Shown one piece after another: positions 44,182 through 56,100 of a DNA stretch of 64,000 bases. Each line of letters starts with the position of its first letter. Within the stretch, counting starts at the first letter, position 1. The notes below the pieces were generated by a model, which did not search any database, had not been told where the DNA came from, and was given only the letters and a program-made list of their open reading frames with translations. Where the stretch lies: the NCBI GenBank assembly GCA_963822965.1, contig CAWGJT010000010.1, positions 384,001-448,000 of the forward strand, read 5' to 3'. The position numbers and the translations under genes were made by a program. The stretch is from an uncultured delta proteobacterium (lineage in GTDB: Bacteria > Myxococcota_A > UBA9160 > UBA4427).

Positions 44182-44278
44182 GTCCGTCCCCCCACTTTTG
44201 GCACCGCCCTGGCGATCGTCGGCGCCGCCCCCTGATCCTCGGCTCCGGCGAGGTGGGCACCCCGCCCGGCGCGGCTCG

Positions 44279-44812
44279 CTAGTAGCCGGCCGAGAGGATC
44301 TTCGATTCCATCACTTCGACGCGCGCGGTGGACGCGCGCTGGTTCCAGGTGCCGCCGGCATTCTCGGGGCTCTGGCCGACGACGTTGATCCGCCAGATCG
44401 TGTACACGTATCGCGGGTTCGCGAGATTCATGCCCTCGGCGGGTCCGCCGTCCTCGACGTACTGGATTGCGGCTCCGCCGCCCGGCGGATTCGGATCCGG
44501 GAAGTAGCGGGGCTGCGCCGGGTAGCGCGCGTAGAGTGCGGCGTCGCCGAGGACGGTGTTGGGCAGCACCGGCACGGCCCCGCGCCCGTCGGCGTCGGCG
44601 ATGAGCCGGCGGCCATGCGCGGCACCGGCTTCGGCGGCGTAGAAGGCCGAGCGGCTGCGGTTCGTGAGGCCCGCGATCTGCTGGTCCTCGCCGGCGGTGT
44701 CGAGAGCCGCCAGGCCGAGCAGACCCATGAGCACCAGCATCATGACTGCGATGAGCATGGCCGAGCCCGATTCGCGGCTCCGCGATTCACGATTCGACTT
44801 TCGAGGGGTCAT
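44279..44812 (-). CDS. pilX: minor pilin PilX-like
   Basis: G|SAMLIAVMMLVLM class III signal lacking E5; AFYAAEAG. Confidence 0.82.
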   Translation of the reverse strand: MTPRKSNRESRSRESGSAMLIAVMMLVLMGLLGLAALDTAGEDQQIAGLTNRSRSAFYAAEAGAAHGRRLIADADGRGAVPVLPNTVLGDAALYARYPAQPRYFPDPNPPGGGAAIQYVEDGGPAEGMNLANPRYVYTIWRINVVGQSPENAGGTWNQRASTARVEVMESKILSAGY

Positions 44813-44830
44813 GGGTTCTCCTTCACGGCG

Positions 44831-45919
44831 CTAGCGGAGGCCGATGTTCCGCGGCTGGACCGTCATCGTGAGCACCCGGCGCCGGAAGCCGTCGGCCGGC
44901 TGGGCCGGCGGAACGCGGTTCTCCATGGCGATGAAGGTGTTCGTCGCGAGGCTCGGATCGTCGCGCGCAGCGGCGTCCTGGGCGCGCGTCCGCACCACGA
45001 TCGAGAGGCGGACCTCGCGCAGCAGGCTGTTGTCCCAGCTGCCGGACTGGTAGAGGGTGCCGCCCGGGATCGAGCCGGGATACTCGGCGTCGCTCGTGAA
45101 GGGCGGCTCCTGGGGCGCGGGCTGCGGGTCTCCGTCCACCACGCCGTCTTCGTCCACGTCGTAGAAGAACGCGGCCTGCATGTCCTCCACGTCCTCGGCG
45201 AGAACGACGCCGTTCCGTGTCAGCTGACCCGCGGCGTTCACCTGATACACGGTGGCCGGGACGGCCACGAGATCGGGCGGGTTGTCGCCCGCAGCCAGCG
45301 CGCGCAGGGGCAGGCTCCCCTGGGCCGCGCCGCCGAAGTCGTAGTCGATCTGCACCTGGGAGCTGGTGGACCCCGGATTGAGCGAGCCGCCGGCGATCTG
45401 GCCGCAGGAGGTGCCGCGAGACGGGTTGTTGCGGTCGGTCACGATGATCGCGCCGCGCTGTCCCATGGCCGGGATGTCCACGAAATCCGTGTCCTGCACG
45501 CCGTTGCTGTCGCTGTCGTAGAAGGGGGCGCCGTCGACCGTCGAGTCGCCCGCGAGGGTCAACGTGTCGTTGCCGTTCCCGTCGTATCCGGACGTGATGC
45601 TGGCGCCGAGGTCGTTCTGGGTCTGGCTCGTGGGGTTGATCGCGGCCGCGTCGGTCACGACGACGATGTCCGGTCCGTTGGTGCGATCGACGGCGCAGAT
45701 GGCGGCGCCCTCGGGAACCATGAAGCCCGTCACCCGCAGCTCGCGTTCGGCGAGGTCGGTGATCACGCGCAGATTGGTCTGGGCCTCGGTGACCTGGTCC
45801 ACCACGTTGTAGGTCTGGGTCTGGCGGGTCAGCATGTCCATCAGGAACACGGAGACCACCCCCAGGATCGCGAGGGAGACCATCACTTCGGCCAACGAGA
45901 AGGCGGCACGTCGATTCAT
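44831..45919 (-). CDS. pilW: minor pilin PilW-like
   Basis: A|FSLAEVMVSLAIL, ELRVTG, LAEDVEDMQ, VRLSIVVRT, PRN terminus. Confidence 0.82.
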   Translation of the reverse strand: MNRRAAFSLAEVMVSLAILGVVSVFLMDMLTRQTQTYNVVDQVTEAQTNLRVITDLAERELRVTGFMVPEGAAICAVDRTNGPDIVVVTDAAAINPTSQTQNDLGASITSGYDGNGNDTLTLAGDSTVDGAPFYDSDSNGVQDTDFVDIPAMGQRGAIIVTDRNNPSRGTSCGQIAGGSLNPGSTSSQVQIDYDFGGAAQGSLPLRALAAGDNPPDLVAVPATVYQVNAAGQLTRNGVVLAEDVEDMQAAFFYDVDEDGVVDGDPQPAPQEPPFTSDAEYPGSIPGGTLYQSGSWDNSLLREVRLSIVVRTRAQDAAARDDPSLATNTFIAMENRVPPAQPADGFRRRVLTMTVQPRNIGLR

Positions 45920-45927
45920 GGGATTGC

Positions 45928-46362
45928 TCACGGGTCGTTGTGCCGGACGCTGGAGATCGCGTACATGCTGCCCGGCGAGCCGGCGGGGGCCTCGGGAAGG
46001 ATCCAGCTCACCCGCACGTCGAGCAGGCGCAGCGCGGGATCGGGACCGGCCTGGACGCGCCAGGTCACGGAGTAGGGCTGCCCGGCGCTGGGTCCCGATC
46101 CGTTGGTCGGGCCCACCACGACGCGGGGAGCGCTCCAGGCCGAGGGCGGAATCGCCGCCCAGGGCCGTCGGGAGAGGAACTCCATCTGCTGCTCCGCCAC
46201 CCGCGCGGCTTCGCTCACCTGCTTGCCGTGCTGCGATCCCTTGAGGGCCTGGGTCTGCATGGTCAGCATGCCGAGCAGGCCCAACGACAGGATGGAGAGG
46301 GCGATCATGAGCTCGATCAGCGTGAGGCCTTCGCGGCCAGGGTGTGCTCGGTGTGTCTGCAT
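45928..46362 (-). CDS. pilV: minor pilin PilV-like
   Basis: G|LTLIELMIALSILSLGLLG, AEQQME, VRVSW. Confidence 0.82.
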   Translation of the reverse strand: MQTHRAHPGREGLTLIELMIALSILSLGLLGMLTMQTQALKGSQHGKQVSEAARVAEQQMEFLSRRPWAAIPPSAWSAPRVVVGPTNGSGPSAGQPYSVTWRVQAGPDPALRLLDVRVSWILPEAPAGSPGSMYAISSVRHNDP

Positions 46363-46364
46363 GG

Positions 46365-47030
46365 TCAGTTCGTCCAGGCTCCGGCCGCGGCGTCCCAGGA
46401 GTAGACCTTCGGAACGCCCAGTGCGGACAGGACGACCGCGTAGTCGCGCTCGCCGGCGGCCGCACCGCCGTTGGTGAGATAGATCCCGCCCCCACCGGTC
46501 CCGACCTGGCCCAGCACGCAGGCGTTCGTGAAGCCCACCGGCACGCCGTCGTTGCGGAAGGCCACCCAGTGCGTCTGGACGCCGAAGGGGTCGCTGAACG
46601 AGGAGCCGGTGGTGTGCGTTCCGCCGCCACCGTCCTCCGGCACGCGATTGCCGGCGAAGGTGACGCCCCAGTTGAGATCGGCAAACTCGGAGGCCGGGTT
46701 GGTGGATACGCTGCGGACGGGCTCTCCGCCATCGATGCAGCAGTTGTTGTTCGTGTCGTCCAGGATCACGATGGGGCCGGGCAGGGCGGTGCCGCAGGCG
46801 TCGTCGGCGCCGACGGCGGTCCACATCACGATGTGGGTCTCTTCGGTCATGATCGCCTGCGCCCGGGCGGCCTGGAACGCGTTGGAGAGCAGCCGAGCGG
46901 TGGCCTTCGCCCGGTTGTTCGTCTGCATGCGATTCCACGCGGGCATCGTCAGCGCGGCGGTGACCCCGATGATCGCGACCACGACCATCATCTCGGTGAG
47001 GGTGAAGCCTCGAACGGCTCGTGATTCCAC
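46365..47030 (-). CDS. fimU: minor pilin FimU/FimT-like
   Basis: G|FTLTEMMVVVAIIG, ARAQA, VAFRNDG, VLSALG; GTG start at 47030 with AAGGAG upstream. Confidence 0.82.
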   Translation of the reverse strand: MESRAVRGFTLTEMMVVVAIIGVTAALTMPAWNRMQTNNRAKATARLLSNAFQAARAQAIMTEETHIVMWTAVGADDACGTALPGPIVILDDTNNNCCIDGGEPVRSVSTNPASEFADLNWGVTFAGNRVPEDGGGGTHTTGSSFSDPFGVQTHWVAFRNDGVPVGFTNACVLGQVGTGGGGIYLTNGGAAAGERDYAVVLSALGVPKVYSWDAAAGAWTN

Positions 47031-47126
47031 GATGCCTGACTCCTTCGCGTCGCCGGAAGCGGGTTTCGACGACCGACGTCGAACGCTCGCGGCGGGCCGC
47101 TCTGTGAGGGCCTTCCCGAGCGTCGT

Positions 47127-47143
47127 CGCAAGCGTCATGCCAA
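47127..47143 (-). promoter_or_regulatory. sigma54 -24/-12 promoter TTGGCATGACGCTTGCG upstream of fimU
   Basis: TGGCAY-N5-TTGC match about 100 nt upstream of the GTG. Confidence 0.75.
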
Positions 47144-47149
47144 GCCAGC

Positions 47150-47177
47150 GGATCGGCTACCTTCCCGGTCTTCTTGA
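47150..47177 (-). promoter_or_regulatory. sigma28-like promoter TCAAG-N15-GCCGATCC, in tandem with the sigma54 site
   Basis: Same boxes and spacing as the copies at pilB, pilM, the sgmX-like gene and gene 57. Confidence 0.6.
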
Positions 47178-47296
47178 GCTTTCGGCGCCGACGCCCCGGG
47201 GCGGCGGCTCCTGCTACGCAACCTCTTGCGGTGTGGCCGCAGCCGCTTGCGGGCCTGGATGCGCGCCGCCGCAGCGCCCGCGCGGGCCCGGGGCGC

Positions 47297-48151
47297 TCAG
47301 TCGCGCTCGGGCTCGGCGGCGCGGGGGCGCGGCGTCCGGCCCCGGCGCACGTGCAGATCGAAGGACTGCACGTCGCTGCCGCCGTGGCCGTCGCGCACCT
47401 CCAGGCGGACCGGGTGGCGGCCGGCCTGGTCCGGACCCGGCTGCCACCGCAGCACGCCGTCCGCTTCCAGATGCATGCCCCGCGGACCTTCCAGGAGGCG
47501 GAAGCGGAGCTCGACATCTCCGTCCGGGTCCGAGGCGGCGAGCGGATAGACCAGGGTGCCCGCGGCGTCGAAGCCGCCGGGGAAGGTGGTGAAGACCGGC
47601 GGCGCGTTGGAGACCGCGATCTCGTCGGTCGAGAAGAGCGCGCTCTCTCTCGCGCCGTCTCCCGCGCGCACCCGGACGCGCGCACGGATGGCCGAGCCGC
47701 GCGCGAACTCGACGTGGGCGAGAACCGGCTCCGAGGTCTCGATCTGCCGGCCGTCGACGATCCACTCGGTCTGCAGGGTCACCGGATCGCCCTCGGGATC
47801 CCAGGCTTCCACCTGCAACCGGAGATCCTGGCCCGCGGTCGCCACGGCCGGCCGGAACCGAACCTCGCCGATCCGGGGCTCGAGGCTCGCGACGTCGCGC
47901 ACGCGCGGGGGCGGCGGCTCGGGGACTCGCGCCGGCACGGGGTGGCGCATGGGTGCGTGCGGAGGTGCGACGGGGGCGATGCGGGCGGCGGTGGGAAAGG
48001 CTTCCCGGTGATCGAGCCGGCCGATGGTCAGGGAGGGCAGGGCGGTGCTGCCGAAGCCGATCACGGCGAGGGCGGCCGCGACACCGGACAGCATCGGTCC
48101 GGAGACGTGGGGGAGGGTCCGTCGATGTAGGCGCTGCAGTCTCGCGTGCAC
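47297..48151 (-). CDS. Ig-like domain protein, paralog of 43186..44181
   Basis: N-terminal hydrophobic segment; DPEGD, NAPP, DPDGD, GPRGM...GVLRWQP..DQAGRHPV; start uncertain. Confidence 0.72.
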   Translation of the reverse strand: MHARLQRLHRRTLPHVSGPMLSGVAAALAVIGFGSTALPSLTIGRLDHREAFPTAARIAPVAPPHAPMRHPVPARVPEPPPPRVRDVASLEPRIGEVRFRPAVATAGQDLRLQVEAWDPEGDPVTLQTEWIVDGRQIETSEPVLAHVEFARGSAIRARVRVRAGDGARESALFSTDEIAVSNAPPVFTTFPGGFDAAGTLVYPLAASDPDGDVELRFRLLEGPRGMHLEADGVLRWQPGPDQAGRHPVRLEVRDGHGGSDVQSFDLHVRRGRTPRPRAAEPERD

Positions 48152-48184
48152 GGGGCGCCCCTTGCGGCTCGATGTGGCTCGATC

Positions 48185-49543
<1,359 letters not shown>

Positions 49544-49820
49544 CGCCCTCGAACCTTCCGCGCGGTGGGCCGGGAACTTCCCGGCGGATGCGCAGCCCAT
49601 GCCCCAAAGAGGCGGAACCGCTGCCCCTCCCCGGCTCTTCGGTCGTTGCCCGGCACCCCCTGAGCCCGATACGCAGGCAGGTTGCAGATAAGGAAGAGCG
49701 CCCCCGCGGGTCGGTCTCGAACGGCGCGTGGGCCGAGGCGCCCATTCGCATTCGAGCTGCCGGCGGGGGACGTGTGATCCGCGCCACAGATTCCCGTCAA
49801 GGAAGCGGAGAGCAGTCGGC

Positions 49821-49848
49821 TCAAGTCCCTGAAACACAGGGCCGATAC
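49821..49848 (+). promoter_or_regulatory. sigma28-like promoter TCAAG-N15-GCCGATAC upstream of HTH-pilMNOPQ
   Basis: Recurring motif with identical spacing. Confidence 0.7.
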
Positions 49849-49910
49849 CTCCCGAGGACTCTCACCGTGGCCAGCTGATGTCGGCTGCAGGTCGACGGAA
49901 GGGAAAATCG

Positions 49911-50267
49911 TTGCCGAGCAACAACGTTCAGACCTTCAGGGAAGGTCTCATGATGAGCAAGGCGGAGCTGGCCCGGAAGGCCGGTCTGTCCACTCTCACC
50001 ATCGACCGGGTCGAGGCCGGACGCCCGTGCCGCCTGGACACGAAGCGCAAGATCCTCCTCGCGCTCGGTCTCAAGGTGTCCGACAAGGACCGCATCTTCG
50101 GCGCCGCGGACGACGAGCCCGTCGCCGCCCGCACCGAGGCGAGCCAGCGGCAGGCGGGGGAGGGGTTCTCGGCGGACGCATCGCGCGGCGCCACGACACC
50201 CTCGACCGCTTCCAACGCGGGACCCTCGAACGGCCCCAGAGCAGGGAATGGAGAAGGAATCCGATGA
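49911..50267 (+). CDS. XRE-family HTH protein coupled to pilM
   Basis: NNVQTFRE.LMMSKAELARKAGLSTLTIDRVEAG...TKRKILLALG; stop overlaps the pilM ATG; start TTG 49911 or ATG 49878. Confidence 0.85.
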   Translation: MPSNNVQTFREGLMMSKAELARKAGLSTLTIDRVEAGRPCRLDTKRKILLALGLKVSDKDRIFGAADDEPVAARTEASQRQAGEGFSADASRGATTPSTASNAGPSNGPRAGNGEGIR

Positions 50268-51346
50268 AGCTTGCATTGCCGCGCTTCGGAAAGGCCAACG
50301 TGGTCGGGCTCGACATCGGCTCTTCCAGCGTGAAGGCCGTCGAGATCGCCCTGAAGGGGCGGGACAAGGGCTTCGAGCTGCGCAGCCTCGGCATCGCGCC
50401 GCTGCCCAGCGAGGCCATCGTGCAGGGCGCCTTCCTCAACTCGAGCGCCATCGTCGACGCGATCGGCGAGGCCATCGACGCGGGCCGCATCCGGACCAAG
50501 GAGGTGGCGGTCGCCGTCTCCGGGCACTCGGTGATCGTCAAGAAGGTGAGCCTGCCCGCCATGACCCGCGAGGAGCTGGAGGACCAGATCCAGTGGGAGG
50601 CCGAGCAGTACATCCCCTTCGACGTGAACGAGGTGCACCTGGACTTCCAGATCCTCGACACCAGCGAAGGCGAGGGACAGATGGACGTGCTCCTGGTGGC
50701 GGCCAAACGCGATCTCGTCGACGACTACGTGCAGGTGATCCAGGAGTCGGGTCTGGTGCCCGCCGCCGTGGACGTCGCCGCCTTCGCGGTCGAGAACGCG
50801 TTCGAGATGAACTACGAGATGCTGCCCGACGAGGTGGTCGCGCTCGTGAACATCGGGGCCCAGGTCGTCAACATCAACGTCATCCAGAACGGGATCCCGG
50901 CCTTCACCCGGGACATCACGACCGGCGGCAACCAGTACACCGAAGAGATCCAGAAGTCGATGTCCATCTCCTTCGAGGAGGCCGAACGCATCAAGCTCGG
51001 CGGCAACGCGAAGGACCAGAACCAGGAAGTGGTTCCGCAGGAGGTCGAGCACGCGATCCGGTCGGTCACCGACACGGTGATCGGGGAGATCGCCCGTTCG
51101 CTCGACTTCTTCACCGCCACGACCGCCGAGAGCCGCATCAACAAGGTGCTGCTCGCCGGCGGAGGCGCGTGCATCCCGGGTCTCGACACCGCGTTCGCAG
51201 AGCGGAGCGGACTCGAGGTCGAAGTGATGAACCCGCTGGCACGAATGCTGCCGAGCAAGGGCTTCGATCCGGACTACCTCGCGAACGTGGGTGCTTCGCT
51301 GGGCGTCGGGATCGGGCTCGCGAGTCGGAAGGTGGAAGTTCAATGA
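50264..51346 (+). CDS. pilM: type IV pilus alignment protein PilM
   Basis: VGLDIGSSSVK, EAEQYIPF, VLLVAAK, NIGA, LAGGG. Confidence 0.96.
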   Translation: MKLALPRFGKANVVGLDIGSSSVKAVEIALKGRDKGFELRSLGIAPLPSEAIVQGAFLNSSAIVDAIGEAIDAGRIRTKEVAVAVSGHSVIVKKVSLPAMTREELEDQIQWEAEQYIPFDVNEVHLDFQILDTSEGEGQMDVLLVAAKRDLVDDYVQVIQESGLVPAAVDVAAFAVENAFEMNYEMLPDEVVALVNIGAQVVNINVIQNGIPAFTRDITTGGNQYTEEIQKSMSISFEEAERIKLGGNAKDQNQEVVPQEVEHAIRSVTDTVIGEIARSLDFFTATTAESRINKVLLAGGGACIPGLDTAFAERSGLEVEVMNPLARMLPSKGFDPDYLANVGASLGVGIGLASRKVEVQ

Positions 51347-51933
51347 TCGAGATCAATCTACTCCCGCATCGCGAAGCCAGACGTGCAGCGGACCTGCGGC
51401 AGACGGCCGGTGTCCTGGCCCTCGGTCTCGTGATGGTCGTCAGCGCCATCGCGATGATCGACCGCGGGCTGGACCAGGAAATCGCCAACGCGGAGGCCAC
51501 CGTCCGGCAGCTCCAGGCGGACATCGCCCGCTACAGGCCCGAAGAGGAGCAGGTCCAGGTCTTCAAGGCGAAGCGTAGCGAGCTCGAGGACAAGCTCGAC
51601 GTGATCAAGGGGCTCGACCGCGCGCGAAGCGGTCCGGTCCGGATCATGGACGAGCTCTCGAAGAGCACGCCCGAGCGCCTCTGGCTGACGGCGCTCTCGA
51701 CCGAGGGCGTCGAGATCACGGTGGAGGGCGACAGCCTCGACACCGGCGTGGTCGCGGATTTCCTGCGAAACCTGAACGCGTCGCCCTACTTCACCGAGGT
51801 CGACCTGGAGCGCACGTCTTCGGGCTCCCAGGTGGAGGGCGTCAAGCTGGTGCACTTCATCATTACGGCCGCACTCGCCGATCCGGATGCCGAGGAAGAG
51901 CAAGCCCCGGCAGCCGATCCCGAGGCGGCCTAG
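51343..51933 (+). CDS. pilN: PilN
   Basis: MIEINLLP motif, TM, coiled coil, PERLWLT. Confidence 0.95.
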   Translation: MIEINLLPHREARRAADLRQTAGVLALGLVMVVSAIAMIDRGLDQEIANAEATVRQLQADIARYRPEEEQVQVFKAKRSELEDKLDVIKGLDRARSGPVRIMDELSKSTPERLWLTALSTEGVEITVEGDSLDTGVVADFLRNLNASPYFTEVDLERTSSGSQVEGVKLVHFIITAALADPDAEEEQAPAADPEAA

Positions 51934-51990
51934 GAACCGCGTCTTTCCGTTCCTCTACTTCGAGAAGAGCGAGCGCGACGGAGCCCAAGC

Positions 51991-52599
51991 ATGGACATGA
52001 AGAGCATCGATTTCGACGAGCAGCTCGAGAAGCTCGGCAAGATTCCGAGGGCAGCCCGCTACGGCGCCGTGGGAGCGATCCTCGCCCTCGTCGCCGCCGG
52101 CTACTACTTCCTGTTCTACCAGGACGCCTACGCCAACCTGACCGCCCAGCGTGTCCGGGCGCAGGAGCTGCAGCGCAAGCTGACGAACGTGCGCGCCGTG
52201 GCGAACAACGTGAGCGAGTTCGAGCAGGAGGTGGCGGCGCTCGAGCGGGAGCTCGAGATCGCTCTGAAGCAGCTGCCCAATCGGAAGCAGTTCGAAGACC
52301 TGCTCCAGGACATCACCACCGCCGGCAAGAAGGTGGGGGTGACGATCAAGTCGATTCAACGCACGAAGGAAATCGAGCACGACTTCTACGCGGAAGTGCC
52401 GTTCTCGCTCGAGCTCCAGGGCAACTATCACAACATCGCGATGTTCTTCGAACGCGTCGCGAAGCTGCCGCGGATCGTGAACATCGGTTCCATGAAGGTC
52501 AAAGTCCAGCCCAACGACAAGGATTCCGCCACCGAGCTGCGGGTCGAAGGGACCGCCACGACGTTCCGATTCCTCAGCGATGACTCGGACCAGGCGTAG
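51991..52599 (+). CDS. pilO: PilO
   Basis: TM, coiled coil, QLP, FYAEVP, GNYH, LPRIVN. Confidence 0.95.
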   Translation: MDMKSIDFDEQLEKLGKIPRAARYGAVGAILALVAAGYYFLFYQDAYANLTAQRVRAQELQRKLTNVRAVANNVSEFEQEVAALERELEIALKQLPNRKQFEDLLQDITTAGKKVGVTIKSIQRTKEIEHDFYAEVPFSLELQGNYHNIAMFFERVAKLPRIVNIGSMKVKVQPNDKDSATELRVEGTATTFRFLSDDSDQA

Positions 52600-52608
52600 G
52601 AGGGAGTC

Positions 52609-53190
52609 GTGAGACGATTTGCAGTCATCCCGGTGCTGGTCTGTGTGGCCCTCCTGGCCGCCGCCTGCGGCGAGCAGCCTGCCAGCGGTCCGACCGCGAC
52701 GGACTACAAGGCCGAGCGAGAGCGCCTGCTCGCGAAGATGAAGAAGAACAAGGCGGCGAAGCCGGAGAAGGCGGCCCCGGCCCCGGCGGCCGGAAAGGCG
52801 CCGGACGGCGGCAACCCGGAGTTCGGCGGCTTCGGCGCCGTGGCCGCGACGTACTCGTACGACAAGAAGGGGAAGCGCGATCCCTTCCAGCCGTTCCAGC
52901 ACAACACCAGGTCGCGCGAGGACGAGCAGGGGCCGCTGGCGGCCTACGAGCTCGAGCAGCTCTCGGTGGTGGCGGTGGTGTGGGACACCGGCAGCCCGCG
53001 GGCGCTCGTCGCCGACCCGCGCGGTGAGATGCACGTAGTGAGGGAAGGGACGCCGATCGGAAAGAACGACGGCCACGTGATCCACATCGGGGACAACATG
53101 GTCCTCGTCAAGGAAACGTACATCGACTTCGCGGGTGAGATGACGACCAACGACGTCGAATTGCGGATTCGCAGTACTCAGGGAGGGTGA
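52609..53190 (+). CDS. pilP: PilP lipoprotein
   Basis: LAAC lipobox, KRDPF, PLAAYELEQL, IGKNDG. Confidence 0.94.
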   Translation: MRRFAVIPVLVCVALLAAACGEQPASGPTATDYKAERERLLAKMKKNKAAKPEKAAPAPAAGKAPDGGNPEFGGFGAVAATYSYDKKGKRDPFQPFQHNTRSREDEQGPLAAYELEQLSVVAVVWDTGSPRALVADPRGEMHVVREGTPIGKNDGHVIHIGDNMVLVKETYIDFAGEMTTNDVELRIRSTQGG

Positions 53191-56100
53191 GCTCGATGGT
53201 CGCTCCGAGAAGCGGTAGGTGGATGGCACGCACGGCGCTCTGCGTCGTGGCGTTGGCAGTGGGGGCTGCATTCGCGTGTGCGTCGTCCCCGGAGCCGGGC
53301 CCGACGGCATCGTCGGAGGAGTCCGCCGCGGCGGATCGTCTGACGGACGTCCGTGTCGAGAGCGGTTCGGGGGAGAGCGTAGTCACCCTGATCGGACTGC
53401 GGGACCCGGTCTATACCGCGTTCCTTCACGACGAGCCCCGGGCGCTCGTTCTCGACCTGGCTTCGGTCGAGATCGACACGCCCAACGACCTGGTGATGGT
53501 CTACGACGGGCTGGTGGAGAACGTCACGGTGTCGACCTACGGCGGCAGCGCCGGCGAGTCGCTCACGCGCGTGGAGATCGCACTCTCGCAGGACGCGAAG
53601 TACGAGATCACCGCGAGCGACCAGGGTCTCCAGGCCGTGCTGAGTCCCTCCGACGGGATGGCTTCCGCCGACGACGGCGACGCCATGCCTTCCGAGCTGG
53701 GAACCAGCGAGGCCATGCCCGAGGACGAGACCGTCGCGGACGACGCGACCGGGGACGAGGCGTTCGACCCCTGGTCCGATCCGCAGGCGGAGGAGATCGC
53801 CCTCGGTAGCGAGAACGACTCCGCGGGACTCGACGGGACCCTGGGCGAGGAGCCCGCGGCCCCGGCGGCTCCGGCCGCGCCGGCCACCACCCTCACCGGC
53901 GTCCGGACCACCGAGACCTCCGACGGCGTGCTCGTCCACCTCGAGGCGGACGGCAGCGTCGGCGCGATGGAGACCTTCACCCTGGAGAGTCCCGATCGTC
54001 TGGTGATCGACATGCCGGGCCTGAAGAGCCAGGTGGCGAACCCGACCACGAAGGTGGGCACGCCCCGGGTGCGGCAGATCCGCGTGGGCGCGCACGCCGA
54101 CAAGGTGCGCGTGGTGATCGACGGCGGCGAGGCGGCGGGAGGCTTCGAAGAGCGGCGTGTCACGCCGGCGAACGACGGTCTCTATCTCGCCCTGGGCGCG
54201 GGTCCCGAGCTCGACGCGGCCCTGGCCATGGCGACCCAGGCGTCGCCCGCACCCGCGCCGGCTCCCGAGCCTGCCACGGACGACGGCGATTCGGGCCTGG
54301 CGATGACCGGCATGGACGAGGAGCCTGCGCCCGAGGCGGCGCCGGCCGAGATCGCGCCGAAGACGGTGCGCCAGCCCGTGACGGCGGACGCCCAGGTCTA
54401 CGGAATCCACTACGACTCCGAGGACGACTACGAGCGCGTCGTGATCCTGAGCGACAAGGTGGTGGACTACGACCTGCTCACCCCGGACGACGAGACGGTC
54501 GTGGTCAGCATCCGCGACGCCAAGGTCGCGCCCGAGGCGACCGGGCGAGTGATCGCCCATGCCAAGCGCCCGATCTCGCTCATCTCGACCTTCCAGCAGC
54601 CCGACGTGGCCACGCCCGAGGTGCGCGTCGTCGTGAAGCGGGCGTCCGGCCTCCAGCCGACCGTCCTGCGGCGCGGCTCCATGCTCTTCGTGGACTTCCC
54701 CAACACGGGGTTGGTGGCGGCACCGCCGCCGGCGTTCGCGACCGAGGAGGAGTGGGCCGCCGCGGGTCTCGGCTCGGGGGAGACGGTCGCCAGCAGCGGG
54801 GCCTCGACGGTCCAGCTCCAGTCCGCGGTGACGGACCAGGGCTCGATGATCGAAGCGCCCACGGAGGAGATCGCCGGTTCGCCGGCCGCGCTCCCGGACT
54901 TCGAGCAGTCGGCGGAGAAGGGCATCGGCGTGGACGTGCTGGCCGCCTCCTCGACCGGAGGACCGGCCGCCCTCGAGCCGCCGGCTGCAGCCGAGATCCT
55001 GGAAGAGGGCGGGCTGATCGACGGCAAGGAGTACACCGGCCGCCGCATCTCGCTGGACTTCAAGGACGTCCCGGTGGCGGACGTGCTGCGCCTCATCGCC
55101 GAGGTCTCCGACCTGAACCTGATCGCAGGCGACGAAGTCAGCGGCAACGTCACGATCCGGCTGGTGGACGTGCCCTGGGACCAGGCGCTCGACGTCATCC
55201 TGCTCACCAAGGGCCTGGGCTTCGTCCGGGTGGGCAACGTGCTGCGCATCGCGCCCGCGGACATCATCAAGGCCGAGGAGGAGCTGCGCCTCCAGGAGCG
55301 CCGCAACAAGGAGACGTTGGAGGACCTGGTCGTCAAGCTGCAGCCGGTCAACTACGCGAAGGTCGAGGACATGAGCGCGCTGGTGAAGCGTCTCCTGACC
55401 CCGCGTGGCACGGTGAACGTGGACGTCCGGACCAACACGCTGATCATCAAGGACATTCCCTCGGTGATCGACGAGGCCACGGCCCTCATCAAGGCGATCG
55501 ACACGGAGACGCCCCAGGTGCTCATCGAGGCCAAGATCGTCGAGGCCGCCCTGGACTTCTCTCGTGAGCTCGGCTCGGTGTGGTCGGCGGGAACGAACCA
55601 GCTCGAGGACGGTTTCAGCGGCAACGCGCCGCGGACCGACCTCGGCGGGCCGGACTTCCGCTTCCACGACGACAACAACGTGATCTTCGGCAACCCGATC
55701 ACGTCGGTGCCGACGGGTCTGTTGAACATGAGCGCCTTCGTGCTCAACGAGGACTTCAACATCGAGGTCCAGATCCAGGCTGCGGAGTCGACGGGTGACG
55801 GCAAGGTGATCTCGAGCCCGCGCGTCCTGACCCTGGACAACCGGGAAGCCGAGATCCAGCAGGGTGTGTCGATCCCCTTCCAGACCTTCGAGAACGGCGA
55901 CGCGAAGCTGGAGTTCATCGACGCGGTGCTGTCCCTGCTCGTCACGCCGCACGTGACCTCGGACAAGACCATCATCATGCAGGTGGAGGTGACGCGGAAC
56001 GCACCGGACGACTCGGTGCCGACGCCCACCGGCTCGCCGGCGATCGCTCGGGCCGAGGCCCGGACCGAGACCCTGGTCAAGGACGGCCAGACGCTCGTGA

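Noticed and set aside
47031..47138. Longer fimU start at ATG 47138
   Set aside because: That ATG lies inside the sigma54 box; GTG 47030 has an SD and gives a normal short prepilin leader.
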